Assembly (NCBI GenBank): GCA_050633245.1 | Contig: JBOEGD010000009.1 | Span: 1 to 64,000, forward strand | Length of the DNA stretch: 64,000 bases | Direction: 5' to 3' | Origin: Calditrichia bacterium | Lineage (GTDB): Bacteria > Calditrichota > Calditrichia > RBG-13-44-9 > J075 | Shown here: piece by piece, positions 1-10,700 of the stretch | Layout of the letters: the number at the start of each line of letters is the position of its first letter | Numbering within the stretch: position 1 is the stretch's first letter | Position numbers and translations under genes: made by a program | The notes under the pieces: generated by a model | What the model saw: the letters and a program-made list of their open reading frames with translations, nothing else | Told to the model about the DNA's origin: nothing | Databases searched by the model: none

Positions 1-21
1 GTTCTGTGTTCTGTGTTCTGT
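1..21. repeat. Heptamer tandem repeat (GTTCTGT)x3, truncated by window edge
   Basis: gttctgt gttctgt gttctgt directly upstream of the glcD RBS (aggaggt). Confidence 0.8.
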
Positions 22-40
22 TTTTCATAGGAGGTAATCA

Positions 41-1498
41 ATGAGTAAAGCTGAAGCCTTGCTACCGCAGCTGAGCGCTATTTTTCCTGCGGAACGCCTT
101 CTTAAGCAAAGAGTCCAGCTTGCCCCCTACGAATCCGATGCCCTAACCGGCTTTCGCAGTCGTCCACTTGCCGTAGTTTTTCCTGAAACGCAAGCAGAAG
201 TAATCGATACCGTGCGACTTTGTTATGAAACAGGGGTTCCGTATGTCGCTCGTGGAAGTGGTACCAGCCTCTCTGGCGGCTCTATGCCGGTAAAGGAAGG
301 CATTGTAATCGCTTTAAATCGCTTGAACAAGATTAAACATCTCGATCCCAAATTGAAAGTCGCGGTTGTTGAACCAGGCGTTGTAAATTTAGACATTTCC
401 AAAGCTGCGGATAAACACAACCTCTACTACGCTCCCGATCCCTCCAGTCAATCTATTTGCACAATTGGCGGCAATGTCGCCTTCAACTCCGGTGGCGCCC
501 ACTGTCTGAAATACGGCATGACAAGCAATCATGTTATTGCGCTGAAGGTCGTGTTGGCAGACGGCACAATTGCCGAATTTGGCGGCAAAAGCCATTGCGG
601 GATTCTGGATGGCCCCGATCTGATTGGCCTATTTGTCGGATCTGAAGGTCTATTTGGAATTGCTCTCGAAATTACCGTTCGTCTTTTGCCAAAACCAGAG
701 CGTTACTGCACCGTTCTTGCCGCATACCGAAGCCTGGAAGCAGCAGGCAATGCCGTGGCAGACGTTGTAGCATCCGGACTTTTGCCCGGAGCAATGGAGA
801 TTATGGATGCATTGGCAATTAATGCAGCTGAAGAGGCGGTAAACGCCGGATATCCGGCAGACGCAGCGGCACTGTTAATCGTCGAATTGGAAGGCGAAGC
901 ACAGCAGGTAGAAGTCGAATTCCGACTGCTTAAGACCGTTATTAAACAGTCCGGTGCCTATCAAATTCGCGAAGCGAAAACAACAGCAGAACGCACGTTA
1001 ATCTGGAAGGGAAGAAAGAGTGCGTTTTCTGCGGTTGGAAGAATTAGTCCGGACTACTTAGTGCAGGATGGTGTAGTTCCGCGGCGCTTCCTTGGAAGGG
1101 CTCTATCTGAAATCGAGCAGCTTAGTCTAAAGCACGACATTCCGGTTGCAAATGTATTTCATGCCGGTGATGGCAATCTGCATCCACTTATTCTATACGA
1201 CGGCCGTATTACCGGTGCTCTGGAGGCAGCTGAGACTCTTGCCGGAAAGATTCTTGAGGTTTGCATTCGCCTGGGTGGTTCAATTACCGGTGAGCATGGT
1301 GTTGGCATGGAGAAGCGTGACTACCTTCCAGATATGTTCAGTGAGGTTGATATAAATGCCATGAAGCGCATTCGCATGGCGCTAGACCCCAAAGAAATTT
1401 CTAATCCGGGCAAGATGTTTCCAGATGCTGAAGCAGCATCGTTACGTTTCTCAGGTATTCATCCGCTGGAAAAGAAAGGAATAATTAGCCGGGAATGA
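41..1498 (+). CDS. glcD: Glycolate oxidase FAD-linked subunit GlcD
   Basis: [54 protein letters not shown] motifs; strong RBS AGGAGGT; followed by glcE/glcF. Confidence 0.92.
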   Translation: MSKAEALLPQLSAIFPAERLLKQRVQLAPYESDALTGFRSRPLAVVFPETQAEVIDTVRLCYETGVPYVARGSGTSLSGGSMPVKEGIVIALNRLNKIKHLDPKLKVAVVEPGVVNLDISKAADKHNLYYAPDPSSQSICTIGGNVAFNSGGAHCLKYGMTSNHVIALKVVLADGTIAEFGGKSHCGILDGPDLIGLFVGSEGLFGIALEITVRLLPKPERYCTVLAAYRSLEAAGNAVADVVASGLLPGAMEIMDALAINAAEEAVNAGYPADAAALLIVELEGEAQQVEVEFRLLKTVIKQSGAYQIREAKTTAERTLIWKGRKSAFSAVGRISPDYLVQDGVVPRRFLGRALSEIEQLSLKHDIPVANVFHAGDGNLHPLILYDGRITGALEAAETLAGKILEVCIRLGGSITGEHGVGMEKRDYLPDMFSEVDINAMKRIRMALDPKEISNPGKMFPDAEAASLRFSGIHPLEKKGIISRE

Positions 1499-2589
1499 AC
1501 TATAATCCAACATCTGTCGAAGAGCTTTCGAGCATTGTGCAAAATGCCAATCGTATTTGTAGTCATGGTAATCGCACCAAACAATCTCTTGTAGACTGTG
1601 AACAAGCAAGTGCTGTTGACATGCGCGGCCTTAGCGGTATCATAGACTATGAGCCTGATGAATATGTTTTAACAGCTTATGCAGGAACGTCGCTAAAGGA
1701 AATACGTGAGCAGCTTTCCGGAAAGGGACAATATTTACCTTTCGATCCGCTTTTTGTGGATGCGGGAGCCACGCTTGGCGGCACAATAGCGGCAAATAGC
1801 TGCGGGCCGGGTCGCTTTCGCTACGGTGGCATACGAGACTTCATTCTGCGAACCTGCATTGTAGATGGCAAGGGGCGTTTTATTCGTGGAGGAGAAAAGG
1901 TCGTCAAAAATGCGGCTGGCTTCGATCTGCCAAAGTTCTTTACAGGCAGCCGTGGTAAATTCGGCATCCTTACGGAAGCGAGTTTCAAAGTATTCCCCAA
2001 GCCGTCGGCCTATCTTACTCTTGAAGCACAGTTTACTCGTTTAACTACCGCTATTAACACACTCGTTCATCTATCCGGATCGTCGTTTGAAATGGATGCA
2101 CTTGATCTTGTTCCGCTAGAGTTTGGAGTGCTCGTGCAAATCCGCTTAGGTGGTCTGGCCGCAGCACTTACAGCGCGTTCAGAAAGTCTTATTGGCTATC
2201 TATATGAACAGGAAGAAATACCCGATAGCATTACCACCTATGAAGGTCCGGCAGAAGAATTAATCTGGCGAACCTGTCGTGAGTTTCCCGAGCTGGGACT
2301 GGATAATGCGCTCATTTATGCCAGCGTCACACCTCATCATATTTTGCAGTTAGAAAAAGATCTCAGCCCAAGCAGCTCCTCGCGTCGCTATAGCTGCGCA
2401 GGCAACATGTTGTTCGCAACCACAAATCAACCAGAAGACGTTTTGGCTGTTCTAAAAGCGGCTAACTGTAGTGCCATTCCACTTGCAGGTTTGTCAGTCC
2501 CTTTTCTGCATAGCAATACGCTATCGGGTCCACTTTACGCACGTTTGAAATCGGTGTTTGATCCCGATTCAATTTTTGGGAAATTTTAA
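1495..2589 (+). CDS. glcE: Glycolate oxidase FAD-binding subunit GlcE
   Basis: [42 protein letters not shown] motifs; ATGA overlap with glcD. Confidence 0.9.
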   Translation: MNYNPTSVEELSSIVQNANRICSHGNRTKQSLVDCEQASAVDMRGLSGIIDYEPDEYVLTAYAGTSLKEIREQLSGKGQYLPFDPLFVDAGATLGGTIAANSCGPGRFRYGGIRDFILRTCIVDGKGRFIRGGEKVVKNAAGFDLPKFFTGSRGKFGILTEASFKVFPKPSAYLTLEAQFTRLTTAINTLVHLSGSSFEMDALDLVPLEFGVLVQIRLGGLAAALTARSESLIGYLYEQEEIPDSITTYEGPAEELIWRTCREFPELGLDNALIYASVTPHHILQLEKDLSPSSSSRRYSCAGNMLFATTNQPEDVLAVLKAANCSAIPLAGLSVPFLHSNTLSGPLYARLKSVFDPDSIFGKF

Positions 2590-3833
2590 TGCAGCATAGA
2601 ATAAAACCAGAGAATAGCGGTATTCGCGCCGAAGAAATGTTACAGGCCGTTCAGGCGTGTGTGCACTGCGGATTCTGTCTCGCCGCTTGCCCAACTTATA
2701 AGCAGAGAGGCGAGGAGATGAATTCGCCTCGCGGACGCATCTTTTTAATGAAGGAAGTTCTGGAGGAAGGCCTGCAAATGGACGAGGCACGCCCTTATAT
2801 CGACAACTGTCTCGGCTGCATGGCTTGCGAGCCCGCCTGTCCTTCGGGCGTTCTCTATGGCGAATTACTTACCGGCTATCGCTTTTTACAAGAGAAGAGA
2901 CTGGATCGCTCCGGAGCCTCAGGTATTATTAAAAAGTTGCTTGCACACACTCTCCCCTACCCCCGCCGACTGCGATTCGCACTAAAAAGCGCAACGCTGG
3001 CCTTACCGATCCGCAATCTGCTGCCAGACAGCTTTCAACCATTGCTAAACATGCTTCCGGAATCGCTACCGAAAAAGGAAAGGCTTCCAGAACTTTCGCC
3101 AGCTAAAGGAAAGCGAAAAGGCCGAGTGGCATTGATAAGCGGATGTGCACAAAGCGTTCTTGCCCCGTCAATTAATACGACAACAATCAGCGTGCTAAAT
3201 AAGTGTGGATTTGATGTGGTTGTCCCATCACGGCAAGGCTGCTGTGGATCTATCTTAATGCATGGTGGTGATGAGAAGGGCGCACAAAAATTAGCCGGAA
3301 AAAATTTGACTGCATTTCCGAAAGATGTTGATGCGATTATTACCAATGCCGCCGGTTGCGGCTCTGGCATAAAAGAGTACAGTTATTTGTTCAAAGGTCA
3401 TCCACTTGCCGAACCGGCAAAGGCTTTTGCCAAAAAGACAATGGATATTTGTGAATTTCTTGCTGCGACAGACATCCGGATTGATGCATTGCCCTCTTCG
3501 GCGCGCTATGCCTATCAGGACGCATGCCATCTTAAAAACGCCCAGGGTATTAGCACACAACCGCGCGGTTTATTACAATCGATCTCGAATCTGACCCTTG
3601 TGGAACTGGCTGATGGCGGACTCTGTTGCGGATCGGCAGGAACATACAACCTCGAGCAACCTGAAGATGCCTCACGCCTTGGCAAAGCAAAAGTCGAAGC
3701 AATTCTGTCAAGCGATGTAGAGGGTGTTATCTCCGGTAATATCGGCTGTATTACTCAAATCAGACAGCATTTGGGAAGCAGGGATCTTCCCGTTTTCCAC
3801 ACGATTGAAGTATTGGACCGCGCCTGCAACTAG
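2589..3833 (+). CDS. glcF: Glycolate oxidase iron-sulfur subunit GlcF
   Basis: CVHCGFCLAACP and CLGCMACEPACP 4Fe-4S motifs, two CCG domains (QGCCG, LCCGSAGTYN). Confidence 0.92.
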   Translation: MQHRIKPENSGIRAEEMLQAVQACVHCGFCLAACPTYKQRGEEMNSPRGRIFLMKEVLEEGLQMDEARPYIDNCLGCMACEPACPSGVLYGELLTGYRFLQEKRLDRSGASGIIKKLLAHTLPYPRRLRFALKSATLALPIRNLLPDSFQPLLNMLPESLPKKERLPELSPAKGKRKGRVALISGCAQSVLAPSINTTTISVLNKCGFDVVVPSRQGCCGSILMHGGDEKGAQKLAGKNLTAFPKDVDAIITNAAGCGSGIKEYSYLFKGHPLAEPAKAFAKKTMDICEFLAATDIRIDALPSSARYAYQDACHLKNAQGISTQPRGLLQSISNLTLVELADGGLCCGSAGTYNLEQPEDASRLGKAKVEAILSSDVEGVISGNIGCITQIRQHLGSRDLPVFHTIEVLDRACN

Positions 3834-3967
3834 ACTCCGGGGCATGTAGCTTTTCAAAAAACGCTGTTAATTTACTTACATCAAGACATTTTGGCAGAGC
3901 ATATATTGATTCCAATCAGAGCTGCGATAGTCCTACAGTAATTATCAGAGCCACATGCTGCATAACC

Positions 3968-4128
3968 ATGCGAATTACATGTTGAAATGACCTGATTCTT
4001 TATAAATAACAATAGTCATGTTCTTCCCTTCCGCTCCGCTGAGAGAGCGGGTAAAGTGTTTCCTGAGCGAAGCCAAAGAGGTGGGTGAGCATAAAATGGT
4101 AACTTTTCGCTCAAACCGTAAGTCGCAT
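3968..4128. mobile_element. MITE/REPIN-like non-autonomous element, copy 1
   Basis: Left end atgcgaattacatgttgaaa is 19/20 identical to the left end of the element at 7477; right end tcaaaccgtaagtcgcat is an imperfect inverted copy; internal REP-like units cttccgctccgctgag and ctgagcgaagccaaag. Confidence 0.5.
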
Positions 4129-4176
4129 CAATGCGAAAAACGTTCCAAATTAGAATCTGACCTGCATTTTATATAC

Positions 4177-4262
4177 AAATGCCGTAGTCTCGGCCACCTT
4201 CCTTCCTCCCCCTCGGAAATCATCTGTGATTTCCAGAAGATCGGATTGAGACTACGGCATTT
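4177..4262 (+). ncRNA. Candidate structured small RNA or large terminator-like stem-loop
   Basis: Perfect 15-bp stem aaatgccgtagtctc/gagactacggcattt, extended by G-U pairs on the + strand; internal hairpin ggaaatca-tctg-tgatttcc; C/U-rich single-stranded segment. Confidence 0.4.
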
Positions 4263-4283
4263 ACTTTATCATCCGTAAAGAAG

Positions 4284-4312
4284 TTGCTTCAAAAAAAAAT
4301 CCTGTGTAATTT
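4284..4312 (+). promoter_or_regulatory. Sigma70-type promoter for pyrE operon
   Basis: TTGCTT-17 bp-TAATTT, 28 nt upstream of the pyrE ATG. Confidence 0.5.
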
Positions 4313-4340
4313 CGCTGCCACAAGAACAACAGGAGATGCA

Positions 4341-4880
4341 ATGCAGACACGAGACGAACTCGCCAAACGCATATATGACACTGCACATTTAACCGGAACC
4401 TTTCTGTTGCGATCCGGCGCGACATCGCACGAGTATTTTGACAAATACCTTTTTGAAGCAGATCCAACGCTATTAAAGCCAATAGCCGAAGCCATGGTCT
4501 CGATGTTACCCGACAATTTCTCTGCGCTTGCCGGGCTGGAAATGGGCGGCATACCCGTTGTAACAATGTTATCTCAGGCCAGCGGCATACCTGCACTTTT
4601 TGTTCGTAAGGAAGCAAAAGCCTACGGAACCTGCAAACTCGCTGAAGGTGGAGACATCTCCGGCAAGCGGCTGGTTATTATTGAAGATGTCGTTACTTCA
4701 GGCGGACAGATTTTGCTGTCGGCAAAGGATTTGCGCGATCGCGGTGCTATTATTGATACGGTGCTCTGCGTAATTGATCGCGAAGCAGGGGGAAAAGAGA
4801 AGCTTGCGTCCGCAGGACTGGAATTGCGCCCCTTATTTACCATGAGTGCCATTAAGGCTGTCGTCGGAAACAAGACCTAA
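4341..4880 (+). CDS. pyrE: Orotate phosphoribosyltransferase
   Basis: FLLRSGATSHEYFDK, VRKEAKAYGT, IIEDVVTSGG PRPP-binding motif; RBS AGGAG before ATG 4341 (the track start at 4284 is an upstream TTG). Confidence 0.92.
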   Translation: MQTRDELAKRIYDTAHLTGTFLLRSGATSHEYFDKYLFEADPTLLKPIAEAMVSMLPDNFSALAGLEMGGIPVVTMLSQASGIPALFVRKEAKAYGTCKLAEGGDISGKRLVIIEDVVTSGGQILLSAKDLRDRGAIIDTVLCVIDREAGGKEKLASAGLELRPLFTMSAIKAVVGNKT

Positions 4881-4922
4881 GAACAATTTCTACAGCGAAC
4901 CATTTCCATAGAAAGAAGATCT

Positions 4923-5423
4923 ATGAAAACAGACTATCTTGCCGGACAAGTAGAGCGTGAGCTTCGCTCGCTAAAAGATGAGTTATTGGCATATGAAGAT
5001 GAGAAACAGATTTGGGAATTGCCTGAGGGTATTTCGAATTCGACAGGAACGCTGACCATGCACCTGGTAGGAAATCTGAGACACTTTATTAGCACAACGC
5101 TTGGCAAAAGCGACTACGTAAGAAATCGCAAGGCGGAGTTCGAGAGCAGAAACATTGCCCGAAACGAGATTCTAATATCTATTGATGCTGCAACTTCCGA
5201 AGTGCCCGAAGCAATCAGAAATTTAACCCCGGATCAACTCGATTCGCAGTATCCGATAGAGTTTGGCGGAGTGAGCATTAATACCGGAGATTTCGTGCTG
5301 CACCTGCTTGGTCATTTAACCTATCACCTTGGCCAAATCGATTACCATCGACGATTGGTTACGGGTAGCAATACAACCGTTAAAACGCTGGCGATTTCCA
5401 GGTTAACCAGCGCAGCTAAATGA
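4923..5423 (+). CDS. DinB/DUF1572 family protein
   Basis: NSTGTLTMHLVGNL, RNRKAEF, HLTYHLGQI (His triad of the DinB/YfiT superfamily). Confidence 0.8.
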   Translation: MKTDYLAGQVERELRSLKDELLAYEDEKQIWELPEGISNSTGTLTMHLVGNLRHFISTTLGKSDYVRNRKAEFESRNIARNEILISIDAATSEVPEAIRNLTPDQLDSQYPIEFGGVSINTGDFVLHLLGHLTYHLGQIDYHRRLVTGSNTTVKTLAISRLTSAAK

Positions 5424-6268
5424 AACAGATTGGTGAAGAGATACCCCATCTGGATTTAGGCGGAGATGGCAACACATTGCACTTCGCTCATGCCAATGCT
5501 TATCCACCCGGATGCTATCGCGAGTTGCTAAGCCTGCTTGGCGACAAGCATCGCATTTTGGCCTCAGAGGCGCGGCCGCTTTGGCAGGATGCCCCTTTAG
5601 AAGGTGACAAAAGTTGGGTCTCCTTTGCAGACGATCTTATTCGATTTCTGGATAGTAGAAAAGAATCCGGAATTATCGGCGTCGGACATTCTATGGGTGC
5701 AGTCGTTACGCTAATTGCAGCTGTCAAGCGCCCGGATCTGTTTAGTAAAATCATCTTGATCGAGCCGGTCTTACTTCACCGCAACCTTTACAGACTATCT
5801 GGCTTAATGCCGCTAAAGCTGCGGCGTTTAATAATACCTCCGATAAAAATCGCTGAAAAACGCCGTAACTTTTGGTCATCAAGAGAAGAAGCTTTTAAGT
5901 CTTTTCGTAAAAAGAAAGTTTTTCGTCTGTTTTCTGATTCTGCTTTACAGAACTACATTTCTTCAGGGCTAACGTCGACAAAAGACGGCTTTAAACTAAG
6001 GTTTTCACCCGAATGGGAGGCGCGGGTTTATGCGATAGCGTCCAGTTCCTGGGCGCTATTCGAGCAGCTAAGCATGCCTTCACTTTCCATCCGTGCAGAA
6101 GAAACAAATGCAATTTTTTCCAATTCCTGGCAGGAGTGGCAAAAATTAAATAACAATGGTCAATTCGTTACGATATCGCAAACCACTCACCTCCTTCCAT
6201 TTGAAGTTCCGCAGCAGTTAAGCAAGCTCGTTTTGCACTTTATCGAATCCGGTCAGACACTTCCTTAA
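5420..6268 (+). CDS. Alpha/beta-fold hydrolase
   Basis: HFAHANAY oxyanion region, GHSMGA nucleophile elbow, C-terminal THLLPFE His. Confidence 0.85.
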   Translation: MKQIGEEIPHLDLGGDGNTLHFAHANAYPPGCYRELLSLLGDKHRILASEARPLWQDAPLEGDKSWVSFADDLIRFLDSRKESGIIGVGHSMGAVVTLIAAVKRPDLFSKIILIEPVLLHRNLYRLSGLMPLKLRRLIIPPIKIAEKRRNFWSSREEAFKSFRKKKVFRLFSDSALQNYISSGLTSTKDGFKLRFSPEWEARVYAIASSSWALFEQLSMPSLSIRAEETNAIFSNSWQEWQKLNNNGQFVTISQTTHLLPFEVPQQLSKLVLHFIESGQTLP

Positions 6269-6340
6269 AAAAGTGCTTGAATAAAAAGCTTTCGCGTATT
6301 AGGTTTTTCGACTGAACCACACACCAATCGGGAAATTATC

Positions 6341-7444
6341 ATGGGTAGCGAACTTTTATCAGAGGAAGTCCTTTGGGGCATTCCACTTTGGCGAGTATTA
6401 CTTACAACGGCAATTGTATTTATTGGTCTGGCTTCACGAAGGGTCATTCAAGCACTGTTTCGCAACATTTTAAAAAGACAGGCCGAAAAAACGAGCATTC
6501 AGTGGGATAATGAGTTTGTTGAGTTTACTCCCGCTCCCCTGGCTGCACTTGTTCAGATAGCCATCTGGTTCCTGGCTGCCGCACTGCTGAAGCTGCCAAC
6601 AGAACCATTGGATATAGCCACCTATGTTACACAAGGCTTAAAGGTCGCCATTTGGTTTGCGCTCGCCTGGCTGCTAATGCGACTGGTAGATGTGCTGGCA
6701 GGAGCTCTGGCCCGGGCGTCTGCCAAAACGGAATCCAAACTCGATGATCAGCTTATTCCACTCGTTCGCAAGACATTTAAAGTAGTTATTGCCGTAACAA
6801 TTGGCGTAATGGTTATCCAAAATCTGGGATATTCGGTAACAAGCCTTGTTGCCAGCCTGGGCGTGGGAGGATTAGCACTGGCGCTTGCTGCGCAGGACAC
6901 AGTGGCAAATTTATTTGGCTCAGTCGTCGTATTTACAGATAAGCCATTTCAGGTTGGAGACTGGGTGCAGTTCCAGGGCGTTGAAGGAACAATAGAAGAG
7001 GTTGGTTTTCGCACCACCAAGGTGAGGCGTTTCGATAAGTCGATGGTAACAGTACCAAACTCAACATTCTCTACCAACCCGATCACCAACCATTCCCGTC
7101 GACCGATTCGACGGATAAAGATGAACGTTGGCGTTACGTATGAAGCCAAGGCGAATCAACTAAAAGCGCTGATGGCAGATCTAAGAGAACTGCTCAGTGA
7201 ACACCAGGGTATTGACCAGAGCTTCCACTTTGTTCACTTCACTGAATTCGGCGACTCCAGCTTAAATTTACAGATCTATTGCTTTACAAAATCGACTGTT
7301 TGGACGGATTTTCTGGCAACTCGTGAAGATTTGATGCTGCAAATCATGCAAGTTGTTGAGCGTCATGGTCTTGAGATGGCCTTCCCGACACGAACCGTAT
7401 ATTTTCGCGATGAGCGCTGGGGCGGGGAGAAAATTGATGAATGA
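6341..7444 (+). CDS. Small-conductance mechanosensitive channel (MscS family)
   Basis: SLVASLGVGGLALALAAQDTVANLFG, DKPFQVGDWV, GTIEEVGFRTT, FTEFGDSSL, AFPTRT. Confidence 0.92.
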   Translation: MGSELLSEEVLWGIPLWRVLLTTAIVFIGLASRRVIQALFRNILKRQAEKTSIQWDNEFVEFTPAPLAALVQIAIWFLAAALLKLPTEPLDIATYVTQGLKVAIWFALAWLLMRLVDVLAGALARASAKTESKLDDQLIPLVRKTFKVVIAVTIGVMVIQNLGYSVTSLVASLGVGGLALALAAQDTVANLFGSVVVFTDKPFQVGDWVQFQGVEGTIEEVGFRTTKVRRFDKSMVTVPNSTFSTNPITNHSRRPIRRIKMNVGVTYEAKANQLKALMADLRELLSEHQGIDQSFHFVHFTEFGDSSLNLQIYCFTKSTVWTDFLATREDLMLQIMQVVERHGLEMAFPTRTVYFRDERWGGEKIDE

Positions 7445-7477
7445 CAATTACAATTGACAATTACAATTGATCATTGA
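7442..7477. repeat. Imperfect 6/7-mer tandem repeats (caatta/caattga) starting at the mscS stop codon
   Basis: tga caatta caattga caatta caattga tcattga. Confidence 0.7.
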
Positions 7478-7672
7478 TGTGAATTACATGTTGAAACTTT
7501 GGCTATACTTTAGAGACGAACATGTCGTGCTGGCACCTCGGCTGCGCTCGGTATAAACTCCATTGAAGGGCACATTTTCGTTAATTTAGCTGTAAAACTG
7601 TTTATCTAAGCGCCTCGACTCCGCTTGGCGCGACAAGAAAATTGATCTAGATTTCAATATGTCATTGACATC
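7476..7672. mobile_element. MITE/REPIN-like non-autonomous element, copy 2
   Basis: Imperfect 21-bp terminal inverted repeats gatgtgaattacatgttgaaa / tttcaatatgtcattgacatc (18/21); internal REP-like units cctcggctgcgctcgg and cctcgactccgcttgg; lies between convergent genes. Confidence 0.55.
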
Positions 7673-7684
7673 GTTAATCATTTT

Positions 7685-7707
7685 GACTTCCGACTTCTGA
7701 CTTCTGA
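7685..7707. repeat. Heptamer tandem repeat (GACTTCY)x3
   Basis: gacttcc gacttct gacttct ga, just past the stop codon of the hybrid kinase gene. Confidence 0.75.
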
Positions 7708-7711
7708 AGCA

Positions 7712-10700
7712 TTAGTTCTCTGTTATCTTTTCAAAATGTTTTTGCAGCATTCGCGTGAGTTCATCGCGCTTGACAGGCTTGGTAATGTAATCGTTCATTC
7801 CGGCATCCAAACACTTCTCGCGGTCACCCTTCATCGCATTTGCCGTCATGGCGATGATGGTAATGTCCCGGTTTAAGACTAAGGAACTCGCGGAACGAAT
7901 TGTTCTGGTAGCTTCCAGCCCGTCCATCTCCGGCATTTGAATATCCATAAAGACCAGATCAAAATCCAGGTTTTCCAATGTCTTTACTGCCTCTAAACCG
8001 TTTCCGGCACAGTCGACGGTAAACCCTAACTTCTGAAGCAAGCGGGTGGCAACTTTCTGATTAACAATATTATCCTCAACCAACAATATACGATTACCGG
8101 AAAAGTTCGCTGCATTCTTCAATCCAGGCGTTTCCGTATTCTTAATGATATTATTCTTTGTCGGCGTCGTTAGAAAGACATCACGCAACAAACCGGCTAA
8201 TGCCGGCAATCGCAACGGTTTGCTCATCCAACCATCAAATCCCATGTTACGCAATTCCTCAGAGGAGGCACGTTGAAGCACAGAACTCAATAAAACCATC
8301 TTCACATTTTGGAATGCCGGGTTCGAGCGAATTTGCCCGGCCAGAGATTCACCATCCATCTCCGGCATCATCATGTCAAGAATTGCGATGTCATACAATT
8401 CATTGCGAGCAGCAGCATTGCCCAACATCTGTAAAGCATCACTTCCGGACTCTGCCTCATCCAGCACCAACGCATGTTTGGCAAAACATTCAAAAAGTAA
8501 ACGTCGATTTGTTGCATTGTCATCAACAACCAGCATCCGCTTGTCTTTTAAAAAGTCTAATGTAAACTCTGTAGAGGCATCTTTCGAGGCTACGACTTCA
8601 AAGGTAGTCGTAAACCAGAAGTGCGATCCCTCCCCTTCACAACTCTGAACGCCAATTTCTCCATTCATTAGCTTAATCAGTCGCTGGGAAATCGCCAGGC
8701 CAAGCCCGGTTCCACCAAAGCGTCTTGTAATAGAGGCATCAACCTGCGAGAATGATTTAAATAAACGATCCAACTTCTCTGCCGGAATTCCGATGCCGCT
8801 ATCAAACACATTAAATTTCAGCATGGCATGCTTGTCAGTAGATTCAACACACTCTATTTTTATGCGAACTTCACCGGAACGAGTGAACTTAATCGCATTA
8901 TTGGTCAGGTTAATTAGAACTTGTCGCAGCCGACCTTCATCTCCTAATAAGAGCGGAGGTACATCGGGATCAATTTCACTAATAAGTTCAAGCCCTTTTT
9001 GCTCAGCTTTAAACACGAGTAAAGCTCCCAAATCTTCCATTATCGCAGCCGGACTAAAAGGATGCACTTCCAAATCCATTTTTCCCGCTTCAATTTTGGA
9101 GAAATCGAGTATATCATTAATGACCGTCAGCAGGTTCTCAGCACTGTTCTGAATTATTTCTAGGAACTCTTTCTGTTCCATCGTTAATTGCGTGTCTCGC
9201 ATCAGACTCGCCATTCCAAGCACGCCATTCATCGGCGTTCTGATTTCATGGCTCATATTCGCCAAGAAGTCGCTCTTTGCCCGTGTTGCATCCTCAGCAG
9301 CGTTTTTTGCTTCAACAAGAGCCAGATTAGATTGCCTGAGCTCAGCAGTGCGTCGATTTACTTCAATCTCAAGTGTTTCATTATGTTTTCGAACAGATTC
9401 AGTTCGAAAATAGATAAAGGCATATACGAGCCCGAATAATCCCAACAAAACGAGAATTTTAAACCCCGCTGTTTCCCAGAAGCGTGGTAACACCCTGATA
9501 AACAAGGTTCTGGGATTGTCATTCCAAATATTATCCTGATTCGCGGCCTTAACCTGAAATGTATACTCGCCATAAGGAAGTCCGGTATATGTTGCAAATC
9601 TCCGATCGGAGGCCTGGTTCCATTCGGTTTCAAACCCGAGTAATCGATAGGCATAACGGTTCTTTTTTGTACTGGAATAATGCATAGCTGAAAAACCAAT
9701 AGAAAATACCCGGTCTTCATGCGTTAGAATTAATGTGTCGGTGTACTGCAATGACTCGGCTAGATAAATCCTGTTTTTTTCCCCGAAAGGGCCTGGCTGA
9801 ACCCGCTTTCCCAAGAGCTGCAAATCTGTTAATTGAGGTTGCGGTAAAAATGGATTATCGCTTAAATCAGAAGGATTAAACCGCGTCAATCCAAGTTCGC
9901 CACCAAAGTAAAGTTCACCTTTGTTATTCTTGTAAGTGGGGCCGATATAGAATACGTCTGTCGGGAGCCCATCGCGGGTATCGTACGATCTGAAATCGAG
10001 TTGAAGCGTTTGTTCATCAACCTGACTGCGAACATAGTGTTTGGTAATTTTAGTGATTCCCCGATGAGTAGATGCCCAGATGTTGCCGGAGTTATCTTCC
10101 AATAATCCAACAACTGAATTGTCGGGAAGACCATCGTGCGAAGAATAATGACGGTAAAAGTTATCGGCGGGATCTTCAGCCTCATTCTCCAGCAAATACA
10201 GGCCTTTTGCTGTGCCCATCCAGATGCTGCCAGAACGATCGGTCAGCAAGTCCAAGCACTGAGGGTTCACAGGAGAGCCATTCATCGAGGTTCCGGAATG
10301 TGCTGTAGAAAACACCCCGCTATCTATATTGAAGTAGTGAACGCCACCATTCCCGGTGCCGATTAACAAACGCTCCTCCTCTACCTCCACGATCGCGCGC
10401 ACACTCAACATTTCCGTCTCGGAAATGGCAAAGTGTTTGAATGAATAGGTATTCAGATCAAGTAAATCAAGACCCGCGCCGGTCGCGATCCATTGCCGTT
10501 CTGCCGAGTCACGATAGAAAAGAAAAACACCCAAATCACTCAGAGTTGAATTATCCGGCATAAAATGTCGCCACCTCTTCTCTACCGGATTAAAAACAAA
10601 TAGTCCTTTCTGGAAAGTTCCCACCAGCACGCGACCGTCGGGTGTAATTTGCAATGCCCAAACTTCAGCATCGCCCGGGCTAAAGCGACTCTTATCGTTT

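Noticed and set aside
4018-4278. 86-aa ORF between glcF and pyrE
   Set aside because: It has no RBS or recognisable motif, and runs across the MITE-like element and the large hairpin.
4923-5423. DinB protein as a bacillithiol transferase linked to bshA
   Set aside because: Plausible at family level, but it lies 28 kb from bshA and nothing in the sequence specifies its thiol substrate.
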